This document shows, one piece after another, positions 22,010 to 34,803 of a DNA stretch of 64,000 nucleotides. The notes beneath the pieces are model-generated. The model did no database searches. It was not told the DNA's origin and saw only the letters and a program-made list of their open reading frames with translations. The DNA is from Somniosus microcephalus. Taxonomy: Eukaryota. The position numbers and the translations under genes are program-made. Every line of letters starts with the position of its first letter. Position 1 is the stretch's first letter. The stretch is taken from NCBI GenBank assembly GCA_052327205.1, contig CM126223.1, positions 21,328,001 to 21,392,000 on the forward strand. Direction: 5' to 3'.

Positions 22010-23880
22010 ATGTCTTCGACCACTGATAGTTCCGCCCTGCAGTTCCAGTACTCTGCCATGTCAGGTGAGCAGTCTTGCTTCATGTTGGGCCATCCATCCA
22101 AGATGCTTTTCCTCAGTCGTCTCAGTGTTTCATCTTTGTTTGCCTCAGTCTTTATGAGCTCCATTTTTGCATCTGCTATGGGCAGTGCACTTGTGATCAT
22201 GTCCACGTAAGCGTTCACTTTTTCATCCATTTTGGTGTTTGCGGGCTCACTTGGGTCAACAGCTCTGGACAACGTGTCTGCTGTATACATCAGCTTACCC
22301 GGTGTGTACGCAACATTCAGTGTATAGCGTTGCAGCCTGATCATCATTCTTTGTATTCTAAGCGGACAGCTATTTAGTGCCTTTTGGAACAATGCAATCA
22401 AGGGCTTATGGTCAGTCTCTACACTGATTGCTTGTCCTGACACAAACTGGTGAAATCTTTCACAGGTGTATGTGATGCTGAGCAGCTCCTTTTCTATTTG
22501 AGCATATCGCGTCTCCGCGTCTGTCATTGAGCGCGATGCATATGCAATAGGTTGCCAGTAGTCATATTTTTGCAGAAGAACGGCACCGAGCCCACTCTGT
22601 GATGCATCTGATGATATCTTGATGGGTCTCGCTGGGTCATAAAACCTCAGAACTGGTTCCTCTGTGAGCAGTTTCTTTAGATCGCACCATGACTTCTCAT
22701 GCTCATGATTCCATTCCCATTCTATGTTCTTTTCAGTTAGTCGTCTCAGTGGCGCCATCTTTTCTGAGAGGTTGGATATGAATTTACCCATGTAGTTGAT
22801 CATTCCATTAAACCTCTGCACGTCCTTTTTGCATTGTGGCTTTGGCATATTCTCAATGGCGGACACCTTTCTGGGATCTGGTCTGATGCCCTCACTGCTA
22901 AGGATATCTCCCACGAATGTCAGTTCTGTCACCCCGAGCTGGCATTTCTCTCTATTCAGCTTCAGGTTTGTTTTCCTTGTTGCTTCCAGCACTTTTTTCA
23001 GTCTCTCGTCATGCTCAGTTCTCGTGGTTCCCCATACTATGATGTCATCCATTGAGGTATCAACTCCCTCCAGGTGCTCATAGATCATATGGATAGTTTT
23101 GTGATACACTTCAGGAGCTGAGGCAACGCCAAATGGTAACCTTAGGAATCTGTATCTGCCAAATGGACTGTTGAACGTGCACAGTCTTGAACTTGCCTTG
23201 TCCAATTTCATCTGCCAAAATCCTGATGATGTATCTAACTTGCTGAAATACTTTGCATTTGCAAACTGTGACATGATTTCCTCACGTGTAGGAAGCTTGA
23301 AGTGCTCTCTCTTTATTGCTCTGTTTAGATCTCTTGGATCCAGGCAAATTCTGAGCTTTCCATTCTTTTTGTCCACAATGACGAGGGAACTCACCCACTC
23401 AGTTGGCTCATCTATCTTCTGAATCACGTTCAGGCTTTCCATCCTGTCCAACTCTGCCTTCAGTTGCTTTTGAAGAGCAAACGGAACTTTTCTGCATGGA
23501 TGTATGACCGTTGGCATACTTTTATCTACTCTGATCGTGTGTTCTCCTGGAAGGCAGCCTAGACCCTTAAATAGGTCATTGTACTCTTTCATGAGTTCAT
23601 CATAGACTGCCTCTCCTTCGCTTTCCACAACAAGGACTCTCTTTACCAGGTTCAGTCTCTCACAGGCTATTAAACCTAGTATGGCTTGCACATCCTTTGG
23701 CACCACGATTAATGCTAGCGTGTGCTCTCTGTCCTTGTGTGTCACTTTGACAATGCATTTTCCTTTCACTGGTATATCAGTACCTGAGTATCCTGTCACT
23801 TTCACTTTTATTCCATGTATCTTTGGTCTGGGTCTAATTTTCTTAAAATCAGTCTCTGATATCACATTAACTTGTGCTCC
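22010..23880 (-). CDS. Gypsy A pol (protease C-half, RT, RNase H)
   Basis: RICLDPRDLN, LPFG, SMDD, SDASQSGLGAVL, ETDHKPL in ORF 21913..23865. Confidence 0.9.
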
Positions 23881-24233
23881 ACAGAATCACAGAAACCCCA
23901 CAGTGCAGATGGAGGCCATTTCGGCCCATCGAGCCTGCACCGACACATATCCCACCCGATCCCCGTAACCCCTACACCAACACATGTCCCACCCTATCCT
24001 TGTAACCCCACGTATTTAATCCCCCTAACACTAAGGGTCAATTTATCATAGCCAATCAACCTAACCCGCACATCTTTGGACTGTGGGAGGAAACCTGAGC
24101 ACCCGGAGAAAACCCACGCAAACACGGGGAGAATGTGCAAACTCCACACAGACAGTCGCCCGAGGCCGGATTCGAACCCGGGTCTCTGGCGCTGTGAGGC
24201 AACAGTGCTAACCACTATGCCACCGTGCTGCCC
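23881..24233 (-). mobile_element. tRNA-derived V-SINE (HE1-like) with CR1-derived tail
   Basis: Head GGGCAGCACGGTGGCATAGTGGTTAGC..GGTTCGAATCC (A/B boxes), V core TGTGTGGAGTTTGCACATTCTCCCCGTG, tail GGGCCGAAATGGCCT..ATTCTGT. Confidence 0.9.
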
Positions 24234-25131
24234 GGTATCCAATTTAAATGGAATGTGTATGTCATTCACTTTTAGTGTCAACATCCAGTCTCTTTTTTCT
24301 TTTTTGTTTTCAGACACGACATCCACATAGAACTCCCCTCTCTCGCTTTCATCTACTGCATGGACCTTGCTTTGTTGCGCTTGGTTCTTACAGCAACGGG
24401 CAACTATTGTATGTTTTACCATATGCTGGACACTTTTTTGGTGTATGCTGTGTATCGCATCGACTACATGACTTTCGTTTGTCCCTTTCATTTTTGTTCG
24501 CTGGCCACGCCTCTTTTTTCACATTGGCGCTCTTTTTGTTAAACGGTTTGTGTCCGTTCTTTCTCACTGCATCCACGTTGCAGCTACTGTCACTGAACAG
24601 CTCCTTTGCCTGCGACTTCACAGTCTCTGTAGCCCTACACAGTGCTATGGCTTTTCCCAGGTCTAGATTTTGCTCTCTTAGCAGTCTTTCCCTTAGACCA
24701 TTATCTGGAATACCACACACCAGTCTGTCTTTTATTAGCGAGTCTGTCAGTCCCCCAAATTCACACGTTTTGCTTCTGTTTCTCAGTTCAGTCACATACT
24801 GATCAATAGTCTCTCCCGTTTTCTGTACACATGTGAAAAATCTGTGCCTCTCAAACGTCACGTTACGTTTAGGTATGCAGTAGGCCTCAAACTGTTCCAT
24901 TATTTTATCTAGCTTCATTTTGTCTCCATCAGCAGCGAATGTGAAGTTATTATACACCTCCAGCGCTTCATCACCCACGACATGTAAGAATACTGACGCT
25001 TTCATTTTATCACTTTTTTCGTCAGCTCCGATTGCCACTAAATACAACTCCAAACGTTGTTTGAACCTCCTCCAATTTTCAGCCACATTACCTGTCAACT
25101 GAAGCTTCGCCGGTGGGAGTAAACCTTCCAT
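24234..25131 (-). pseudogene. Gypsy A gag and protease start, frameshifted in the second zinc knuckle
   Basis: MEGLLPPAKL..NWRRFKQ..LIKDRLVCG; continues in another frame (ARCC..FKLDTG). Confidence 0.85.
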
Positions 25132-25294
25132 TTTTTCACTTCGTTAGCTATTCTTCAAAGGTAAGTAACGATGTTCTCTTTTGGCTTGCTAATATGTGGA
25201 GAGCTGATTTCACTGGGTAGCTTACTTGCCACGACTCCGTTCACTATCTCATCGAGTTGCTAACTTCAGATTTTTCCTTTTCATCTCTTTCAAT

Positions 25295-25308
25295 CACTTC
25301 TGACACCA
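25295..25308 (-). promoter_or_regulatory. tRNA-Leu primer-binding site of Gypsy A
   Basis: TGGTGTCAGAAGTG directly after the 5' LTR, complementary to the vertebrate tRNA-Leu 3' end CACTTCTGACACCA. Confidence 0.85.
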
Positions 25309-25358
25309 TGTATTGCTTTCTATGTGGGTTCAATGACGACACATTCATGAAAGAGAAG

Positions 25359-26078
25359 GGCCTAGAAATTCAGTTGGGCGCGCCAGCCGTTAGCGCCTTA
25401 GGAGTAGATCTCGAGCGCTAGGCGCGATCTGCGCCTCGCCCCAACTTCAGTACACATTTAGCGCCGGCACAAGTCTTAGCGCGCGCTCTGCTGCACGCGC
25501 AGATCATGACGTCATTTCGTCGTGCAACGCCCTTTGTGCGCCCCGAACCGGAACTTCACTCGCGCCGGCCCATTGTGCGCCGGGCGGCCCTAACGACTGT
25601 GAAGTGGAACGGTACACAGCCGATGCGGGCCGCGGGGAGCGCAAATTAAAGGGCCCTCCTGTACTAGAAATGGTATGGCTGGCGAGGAGGAGGACGAGGA
25701 CGAGGAGGAGACTGGTGTGCCGGGAACACATAACAAACTGATGGAGAGAAACCCTCCCCACAACCACAAATACACCAGTGTCGGCCTTTCAAAAAAACAA
25801 ATCCACCCTCCCCCTTTAAGAGCTCACCGGAGCCAGAGTGTCTGCCGTCAATCAGCAGCTCGCCGCACCTGCCCTGCGCCCAACTTCCGGTTTAGCGCCC
25901 CAGCCCGCTGGCTTAACGCCTAAAGAGAGGCGTGCAGCGCCAGTTTTAGCGCTCGAGCAAACTCTTAGGGCGAAGCTAATGAATATCGGAGAAGTGGCCT
26001 CGATTTTGCGCCGGGTGCAAACTTTAGCGGCCGCCCGACTTTACCGCCCCAAAAGTGGCTACAATGAATTTCTAGGCC
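25359..26078. mobile_element. Harbinger-type MITE inside the 5' LTR of Gypsy A
   Basis: Perfect 14-bp TIR GGCCTAGAAATTCA / TGAATTTCTAGGCC; absent from the other LTR; flanks AAG/AAT. Confidence 0.82.
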
Positions 26079-27809
26079 AATGTCTTTTAATCTAAAGTCT
26101 GTTCAACTCAGTTAACAGCATTACAGGAGACACCATCTTAGAGCTCCATCTAAAACGAAACCAAAACTAAACTCTGCCTCTGTCACATGCCCTCTGCTGG
26201 TAAGGCATAAATAATCAAACAGGCAAATACCATCACTATTTGCTGATATCATTACAGAGGGTTTCCCCCGATTCCCATTGACTTCAGTTTTACTAGAGCT
26301 CCTTGATGCCATACTCTGGTCAAATGCTGCCTTGATGTCAAGGGCAGTCACTCTTACCTCACCTCTGGAATTCAGCTCTTTTGTTCATGTTTGGACCAAA
26401 GCTATAATGAAGTCTGGAACCGAGTGGGCCTGGTGGAACCCAAACTGGGCATCAGTGAGCAGGTTGTTGGTGAGTAAGTGCTGCTTGATAGCACTGTCGA
26501 CGATACCTTCCATCACTTTGCTGATGATTGAGAGTAGATTGATGGGGCGGTAATTGGCCGGATTGGATTTGTCCTGTTTTTTGTGGACAGGACATACCTG
26601 AGCAGTTTTCCACATTTTTGGATAGATGCCAGTGTTGTAGCTGTACTTAAATTGCATCACAATTGCCACAAATTTAAACTTTTGTTACAAAAATGAAAAA
26701 AAATCATAAAATCCTGCACTTAAGCAACAGTATTGGTTAAAAATCACCTCCTCCCAGCAGCTCACACTGTTAATTGGGATACTAAATGTTCCAAGCAACA
26801 ATGCCACTTCTACTTCATCCTGCAATCAGCATTTTCTATATTTGTTCAAGATATTGACATAAATGTTGTTCTTTGCAGGTTAGGATAATTGCTGGGGGAA
26901 CAGCAGAGAACTTTACCTTTACAATCAAACAGCCAGCGTCGCAAAGTCCAGTTTAGTAAATGTAGTCACTTTAGCACTGCAAATAGAAAGGATGAACTGC
27001 AAATGCTGGAAATCTGAAACAAAAATCACAAAATACTGCAAATTCAGTCAGCCTCTGGAGAAAAAGGGTTAATTGTTCTGTAGAAGCGAAAATAACTGGT
27101 CTCAGAAGTGAAAAAGGAGTGTGCACACCCACCCATTCCCCTTATTAGATTGAAATAATACCCAAGAACAGTACAATGAAAATTAGTCTTCAAACTTATT
27201 TGGCAATATAGAGATCTAGAAACACAGAAATTCACATCATTTTGAGTTTTCATTGATGCTACTGAAATCTGCAAATCGTAATCTTTCAAATTAATCACTC
27301 TGGAAATTTGAAAGTATCTGTCAATCTTTAATTTTCTCTCATGATCAGCAATTAGCCTCTAGCTGATCTCAGGATTTACAGCAGACTGTGGTTCTAAAGG
27401 GACAAAACACTTAAAACAAACTCTACCTTAGTAGCAGAATAATATTATAACAGTTGTTATAAACCAGCACATCATCTGACATATGCAATGGTATAGGAAA
27501 TTCACTAGTAATAATAAAAATGTTACCTGACTTCGAACCAAAGAAGTTTACAGAACAGATGGAGGCCAATTACCCATCATGTCTGTGCAGGCACATCGCT
27601 GGAGCAATCCAAAACTAATCCCATTGCTCCACTCTCTCCTCAAAACCCTGTATTTTCCTCCACTGCAAATATTTATCCAATTTTTCCTTAAAAGAAGCAA
27701 CGATCTCTGCCGCAACCCCTCCCTGTGGCAAAACATTAAAGAAATTTCTCCTAACCTCTCGCCTCACTTTCCTGTGACAACTTTAAATTGAAGACATGTC
27801 TCCAAATAG

Positions 27810-28240
27810 AAAAAGAACTTGCATTTATATAGCATTTTTCACAACCTCAAGACATCTCAAAGTGCTTTACAGCCAATGAAGTATTTCTTGAAGTGTAGTC
27901 ATTGTTGTAGGTAGCGCACAGCAAGTTCCCACAAACAGCAACGAGATAATGACCAGATAATCTGTTTTTAGGTGTTAGTTGAGGGATAAGTATTGTCCAG
28001 GACACCAGGAAGAACTCTCCTGCTCGTCTCAGTAGTGCTATGGGATCTTTTACGTTCACGCAACAGGGCAGACGTGGTGCCCTCGGTTTAACATCTCATC
28101 TGAAAGACAGCACCCCCGACTGTGCAGCACTCTCTCAGTACTGCACTGCAGTGTTAGCCTAGAATTTGTGCTCAACGTTCTGGAGTGGGACTTGAATACA
28201 CAACATTCTGACTTGGAGGCGAAAGTGCTACAGCTGACAC
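27810..28240 (-). mobile_element. Deu-domain SINE (SacSINE1-like)
   Basis: Plus strand GCTTTACAGCCAATGAAGTA and TGAAAGACAGCACC..TGCAGCACTCTCTCAGTACTGCACTG; similar copies at 35780, 40665 and 41365. Confidence 0.7.
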
Positions 28241-28309
28241 CTAACACAGCTAACGTAGTTCCCATATTTAAGTAAAGAGACAAATCTAATCCAAGCAATG
28301 ACACACCCA

Positions 28310-29720
28310 TTGGTTTAACATTGATAACTGATACAATAATGGAATCAATCATTTGAAGCAAACCGGCGAAGTATCTGTATGAGAATAATCGAATAAATAC
28401 AAAGCAATGTGGCTTTAGAAAGGGAAGATCCTGTCTGACAAATCTCCTTATCTTGTTTGAGGAAGTGACATCACGTGGATAGGGGAAAACCAAATTACAT
28501 GGAATGTACAGCATAGAAAAAGGCCATTTGGCTCAACTGGACCGTGCCACTGTTTATGCTCCATACAAGCCTCCTCCCTCCCTACTTCATCTAACCCCAT
28601 CAACTTATCCTTCTATTCCTTTCTCCCTCATATGTTTATCTAGCTTTCCCTTAAACGCAACTATACTATTCACCTCAGCTACCCGTTGTGGTAGCGAGTT
28701 CCGCATTTTAACCACTTTAGATAAGGAATTTTCTGCTGAATTCTGTATTGGATTTATTAGTGACTATCTTGTATCTAATGGCATCTAGTTTTGGTCTCCT
28801 CCACAAGTGAAAAGATCTTCTCTATGTCTACCCTATTAAGCCCTTTCATAATTTTAAAGACCTCTATCAGGTCACCCCTCAGCCTTCTCTTTTCTAGAGG
28901 AAAAAGCCCCAGCCTGTTCAATCTTTCCTGATAAGTATAACCTTTCAGTTCTGGTATCAACCTTCCAAATCTTTTTTGCACCGTCGAGTGCCTCTATATC
29001 CTTTTTATAATATGGAGACAAGAACTGTGCACAGTACTCAAAGTGTGGTCTAACCATGGTTCTATACAAATTTAACATAACTTCTTTGCTTTTCAATTCT
29101 ATCCCTCTAGAAATGAACATTGTACTTTGTTTGCTTTTTTAATGGCCTTATTAAGCTGTGTCGCTACTTTTAGTGATTTGTGTATCTGTACCCCTAGAAA
29201 CGTTTGCTCCTCTACCCCAATTAGGCTATTAGGATATGATGTGGTACTTGGATCTCCAAAAAAGCCTTTGATAAAGTTCATGAAAGACTGCTACTGAAGC
29301 TAAAAACAGTGGGAATTTAAGGTAAAATCTGAACATCAATAAAGAATGAAGAAAAGAATACAACAGGTATTTGTTAAGACAGTCACACCAGGATTTGGTC
29401 AGTAGAGTGCTGGAGGCTCGGTGCTGGGGCCCCTAGAGTTCCTAATTTGTATTAATGTAGACACCCAATGCAAACTGGTCAAGTATGCAGTTGATCCTAA
29501 GCTTGGGGGGAGTGTTTGCAGTTAAGATAGATAAATTAGCCAGAGATCTGCGAAAGATGTTAGATAAAATTGCCAATTGGGCAAATCAGTGGCAGATAAT
29601 ATTGAATAAATAAGTGCCTGGTATTACAAAAAATATTATACAACAGATGTAGAAATAGCTATGGTGAAACATAAAGGACTCTGGGCATGATTGTAGATTC
29701 AGTACTTCAACCATTATGGA
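28310..29720. mobile_element. Old CR1 (+) interrupted by a CR1 3' fragment (-, ~28495-29225)
   Basis: Minus fragments FISRGIELKSKEVMLNLY and RLRGDLIEVFKIMKG; plus strand GGCTTTAGAAAGGGAAGATCCTGTCTGACAAAT and GCCTTTGATAAAGTTC. Confidence 0.7.
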
Positions 29721-32511
29721 GCAGTTACGTTTTGGGATTTATGACTATTTCCCAATGGAAGGATTTTGGCGTAATGATATTAATTCAACTTTAGTTCACA
29801 AGGGATTAAAATCATAGCTGCCATGTGATAGATCTGGATAAAACTTTGGGTAGAACATCTTTTATACTGTCATCAGAAATTACCAATATGAATCTAAACA
29901 ATATGAACTTTCTACCATGGACGGATGGCATAAAGCCAATGCTCAAAACATTTTAAAGAGTCATCAATCATTTGATTCTTCCCTTTATAACCTGAGTTTA
30001 TCCCAATGTGTAAAATGCAAAACGACAAGGACAATTCCAGGTAACACATGCAAAGAGGTGAAATGCACCAAACAACATTTCCATTGTATTAACAGTTGAT
30101 TGAAACTGGACACTAGCTCGCCCCAACCCAGCACATACTCAACATCATTTCTGACTTTGATCAAACAAAACAACTTTTTCTTCCCACTTCCCCCTTTTAA
30201 ATATACTAAAAAGTGTCTCATTCAAATCTACTTACTAAGTCGACAAGGAAAGAAACCGTACCTTTTTGGATTAATTTTGAATTTGCAAAGTAATGGAAGG
30301 TGCAATACTGGTCTGTGGGTACAGTGCCAAATTCCAGCATAATATGTGGGGTGATTAGGGGAAAGGAAGAAAGACGCATCATTGGTGACTAAGTGACCAA
30401 TCATGAGATATTTTAAGATGGTTTGATAAATTTGCTAGATTCCCATTTGTAGTTTCTGTATTGGTTCAAATTAAATTTTTGAATTAATGGCAAAATCATC
30501 AGAATCCTCAAGCATAAAACATTGTGGCAAATTCCATATGCATTTATCAGGATTCCGTTATATATGACCAGCTGACAGCAGTGAAGATGGTAAACCAGGA
30601 TTTATTTTCAAACAGATATGAAATAAGGCAGTGAAGCAGCAGCAGTGGGACCATTTAGTTCTGGTTCTACTGCTGTTCACAGTCGCTTCCATCACCTAAA
30701 GACCTTTATTTTGTTTCTATGACCAAACAATACAGTTGACTCTGATAAATTAATACGTGAAGCAGACCAGATGTTCCAGTCTATTTTGCTTTAAGTAAAA
30801 ATGTCCAAAAGAAATAAAAAGTAAAAAAAGACAAACATGAAAGCCAACACAATAGACAGTAGCTGGTTTAATTTTACACATTCCTTTTCAGTCAATAAAA
30901 GATCCAGACTACACATGGCATAATTTGCAATAATTTGGAACAAAAGAAAAACATTTCAGAGGCAATAGTAAAATAAAGAAAAAATCATTGGCACATATTC
31001 ATGATTAACATTCAATTATTAGATAGAAGATAACATATTATGATCATTCTAATAGTGATTGCTTCGTTTCCAGTGAGTAAAACCATAACTTAGAAAACAC
31101 CAAGCCACAAAGTAAAACCAATACCAGAGGCACAATTATCTATATTCTTTCACATTTTTCATATGCAACTTTTTTGTAATTTACTAGCAAATCTTCCGTG
31201 ACATTGCTCACGGTAATCAGATGACATTTTAGAAGGACAGGAGTGTTATACAATGTAATGCAGATAGTATTATTCTGAAGCTAAGCCGGGGCTCTGTTTC
31301 TTTAAAACCACTACATCTCATTTCTAAGTAAACATAGCCTCAGATTAATGAGAGTTTACCTGTTGTTTGGTGAAGGAAATTTACAGTGTGGAAGTGCTTG
31401 TAATTTTAAGTTCTAGGTCAATGACTAGTTTTCATCTGTAGCCAAGTGCAACACATTGGTGTATGATGGACTTGCCCTAGACACAAGACTTAATATATAT
31501 AATGACCATGTAGTAGTCTCCCTTTAAGGCCCCTATTAAGGTTAAGGTCTGTGTCCCTCTAAGGACACAAAGTTTAATTACTGTTAAAATGAAGTCAAAG
31601 TCTAATGGCTCTTTAAGCTGCAGGTCACAACTCTGGCTTTTCCTTTCTTTTAAAAGTGTTTGGTAAGGTCACTCTGAGGATAGACACATTCTGGCTCCTG
31701 TGTCAAATGGCTGCCTTTGTTTATACTTTTTTTTTTACAAGTGCGATACAGAAATTTGACAGTGACAGACATGAAACTAGAAGTGTGATAGACATGAAAT
31801 GTGTGCTAGACATTATACGGTATTTTTAACATTTATCAACATGATACTGTTTACTTTGATAGAAATTCTGAGCTGCATCCATCACACTTCATGTCATGCA
31901 TGCAAATTTGTACATCATTTGTTTTACAGTACATTTGAAAGATACCAAGAAAGCCAATCATGTCTAATGTATAGATAAACTTTCCCAGCAACAGAAAGTA
32001 GCTTCTAATTGATTTTAAAATTCACATTGTGGGGGTGGGGGGGAGGAAGGAGTATATAAAAAATACAAATCAGAATGACCTGAGGATCATAAAAGCAATT
32101 AGCCTATAAATGACCGCAGGAAGGATCTGCAATTACATCTTGTAGCCTTAAAAGAAACACGGCAGGTCACGCACAGCTACACTTTAGCAGTAAAATAATG
32201 CACTGTGCGTCATATGCTATAAACTCTCCTATATTTATTACACAGCACATCCTCCGACTTACCATGAGCAGCATCACGAGTGATCTGCTAGTATTTATTA
32301 CATTGGCTCAATGACGCTTTTACTATGTCCCATTTCTTCAAAAGGCACATTTCCCGTGCAGAAGGGATTCTGGATTCTCAGATAAAATGAAAAACTATTT
32401 TGAATACAATACTAGAATGCTATATAGCATCATTCAGTTGTACTTGAAGTCAAGGCGGCTGTAAATCTGAATTCTGGACGTCCTGTTGCTCTGCTCCCAT
32501 TTCCAAAAACG

Positions 32512-32652
32512 TTATGTTCTTTTCCAAATAACAATGATGTTTTTGTCTGTTGCTGCTACAAGATATTTAAATTCTGGGTCTGTAGTTACGTTATTTATCA
32601 AAGTTCCTTCAAATATTTCCCCTTGTGCTTTTATGGTTGGCCACTTGAGAAT
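32512..32652 (-). CDS. LRWD1: LRWD1 last coding exon
   Basis: CAG|ILKWPTIKAQGEIFEGTLINNVTTDPEFKYLVAATDKNIIVIWKRT-stop; similar to the LRWD1 C-terminus; phase 0. Confidence 0.92.
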   Translation of the reverse strand: MLKWPTIKAQGEIFEGTLINNVTTDPEFKYLVAATDKNIIVIWKRT

Positions 32653-33680
32653 CTGCAAAATGCACAGGAATGAGTCAGGTGAGCAAATGAAGCCAATCAA
32701 CCATCCACCGCCTAGTATTTTACAATGCCAAGTTCTCAGATACAATGAGCGCTGCGCATTCCAATGCAGGTATATAATCATTCAATGCTTCACACTGAAT
32801 TGCTGCAGTGTCCCACAAATGCTTTCCCTGCCTTCCCACCTCACCTATTCTTGGATAGGACAATGGCAAAGTGGGTGTTGGAAAATCAAGTTCCTAATGC
32901 GATTCATCTTAAAACATTCACAGAGTGGATAATCAACGGGAAATATCGTTTTTGTGAATTCAGCATTTCTCTTCCTTCCCCTTCACCCTTGTCAATCAGC
33001 TGAAAACCAGAATGAAGAGTGGTGGAAGTATACAAAATTTACGATACTGCCTCTTGAGCTCTGCTATTAAAAACAAGTACTGCATCTTCAAAATTCATCA
33101 CGTTAAAAATGCAATTTTTTCCCCATGGGAATGTTCTCTGCAAGGAAAAAAAATTACATGTTTCAGCATTAAAAACAAGCTGAAGCCACATTCTAATTAG
33201 GGAGAGCCAAGTGAGTTTCGTGTGTGCACCACAGAATGGTAAGCACACAGAGTACACTGCTGTGTTTCTCTATGTGGAGTTTTGCAATCTCAGCTATGCC
33301 ATCAAAGGAGGCATTGAACAGTTGCTGAGTCAGACTTGAGCCACCCTTGAGTGCCTAAGCTGTTTTATCTGGCTTGACAACAGATTGCCTCCTTGCTGGG
33401 AAAAGATATACAGAAATATATGAGATTACAAATAACAAAAATAACTTAGTGAAAAATCTTGGCTAGAATTTCATACGAATATAATCCTTGAATCACTAAA
33501 CCATACTCAGAATTTTTATATTCTTGCTAGAGGTAAGCAGAACACAAGGACCAATTATCATATTCACAGGCTGAAGACAGATGTGATGCTTCACTAGGTC
33601 TTTTCCACACCACTGGGAACAGTGAGAATGTAACCAATGGCAACTATTGAAGAAAGAGAATAGAGCAAAGAAAAGACAAT

Positions 33681-34356
33681 GGCCCGGATTTTGTGGTGGT
33701 AATGACGGCAAAACTGTCAGCATTTGCAGTCATTGCTCCTCTGAAAGTGACAGCAACTTCTGGAGTTAGATAAATGTGGAAATCCAGAAGTTGCTGTCAG
33801 TGATTCTACGCTTCTCCACAGGTTGCGCTGTGGAACTCCCCGGAACCGGCAATCAATTCAAATCACATGGAAATGTAGTTCCTGATGAAAACATCCCATA
33901 TTACGCTGGAATATCGCGATTAAAAACCTCCAAAAAAAAGTTAAGCCTTGTTGAAAGAGGTGTAACTAGGTTTTTAACGGCATATTGACTGCTGAAAAAC
34001 TTTTTATATTTGTGGAATTTAAATTTTTTCGATTAGTATGATAAGAATTACATGGTTTTTAATATAATAAAAAAAATTAAAAGTTTGTTTATGATATTTC
34101 AGCTTCTACCTTAATCCTGTGTATGTCCCAATCTTTATTTCGCTCTCTGTAAAATTTATAAAAAGTAAATTAAATCTGCGCATTTTACTTCCTGGTTTGC
34201 TGTCTGTGAGAATTATTCAATGTGATTGGCTGCTTAGCCTGCTTGATGACATCATTGTTGCTGGACACTGGAGATTCGCTTGATTTGGTGGCAGATTCAA
34301 ACCAATGCCGGGAGAGGTGAAATTCACGCCACAAAGATCGCTAAAAATTCCGGGCC
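33681..34356. mobile_element. Harbinger-type MITE
   Basis: Termini GGCCCGGATTTT / AAAATTCCGGGCC; flanks AAT/ATT; internal IR TGACAGCAACTTCTGGA / TCCAGAAGTTGCTGTCA. Confidence 0.65.
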
Positions 34357-34693
34357 ATTAGGGCATGTTGTAGGCCACGGGAAAAGGGACAGTCATTTGA
34401 CAGAATGATGTAATTTGATTTTGAAGGGGCACTGCTCTTGAAAATATCTGTAACAGGCATTCTGGCTTCACATCTTCAGGGATATATGGAGAACAAGAGG
34501 ATGAAATAACATTTCATTTTAAATTCACAGAAACTTTTACTACCTTAAGATTCTACCTATAGACAATACCATAGCACATGCAGATACAGATGAATAGACA
34601 AACCATTTAAAAACAGTAACTAGAATCAGTTAATTATTCGATTCATTATAAAGAGGTTTATTTTGTCATTAATTTTGCTGCAGTATGTGGCAC

Positions 34694-34803
34694 CTGTGTT
34701 GGTGAGGTCTTCTTGCCAGAAGTCACGTCTTCATTGGTGAACTCATCCAGGTCATACATCCAAATGTCTCCCTTCTCATCTCCGCATAGGAGATAGTTTT
34801 CAT
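34694..34803 (-). CDS. LRWD1: LRWD1 exon
   Basis: (D)ENYLLCGDEKGDIWMYDLDEFTNEDVTSGKKTSPTQ; TTTCCACAG acceptor, CAG|GTGCCA donor; 110 nt, phases 1/0. Confidence 0.92.

Larger units (their letters stand above)
16048..26256 (-). mobile_element. Gypsy/Ty3 LTR retrotransposon A (Mag-like), full length with three nested insertions
   Basis: TG..CA LTRs 16048-16271 and 25309-26256; TSD GAGGG (16043-16047 / 26257-26261); PBS TGGTGTCAGAAGTG; PPT AAGAAAGGGAGA; gag-PR-RT-RH-IN order. Confidence 0.95.
11325..26655 (-). mobile_element. CR1/L2-group LINE (family B) in three pieces: 11325-11559, 15321-16047, 26262-26655
   Basis: RT motifs GVPQDSVLGPTIFSCFINDLP..MFADDCT and KQDKSNPANYRPINLLS; pieces are collinear with the copy at 49141-51255. 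Confidence 0.85.

Noticed and set aside
24160-24233. tRNA gene
   Set aside because: It is the tRNA-derived head of a SINE, followed by V core and LINE tail.
26980-27100. Penelope-like terminal remnant
   Set aside because: Too degenerate; no hammerhead core recognisable.
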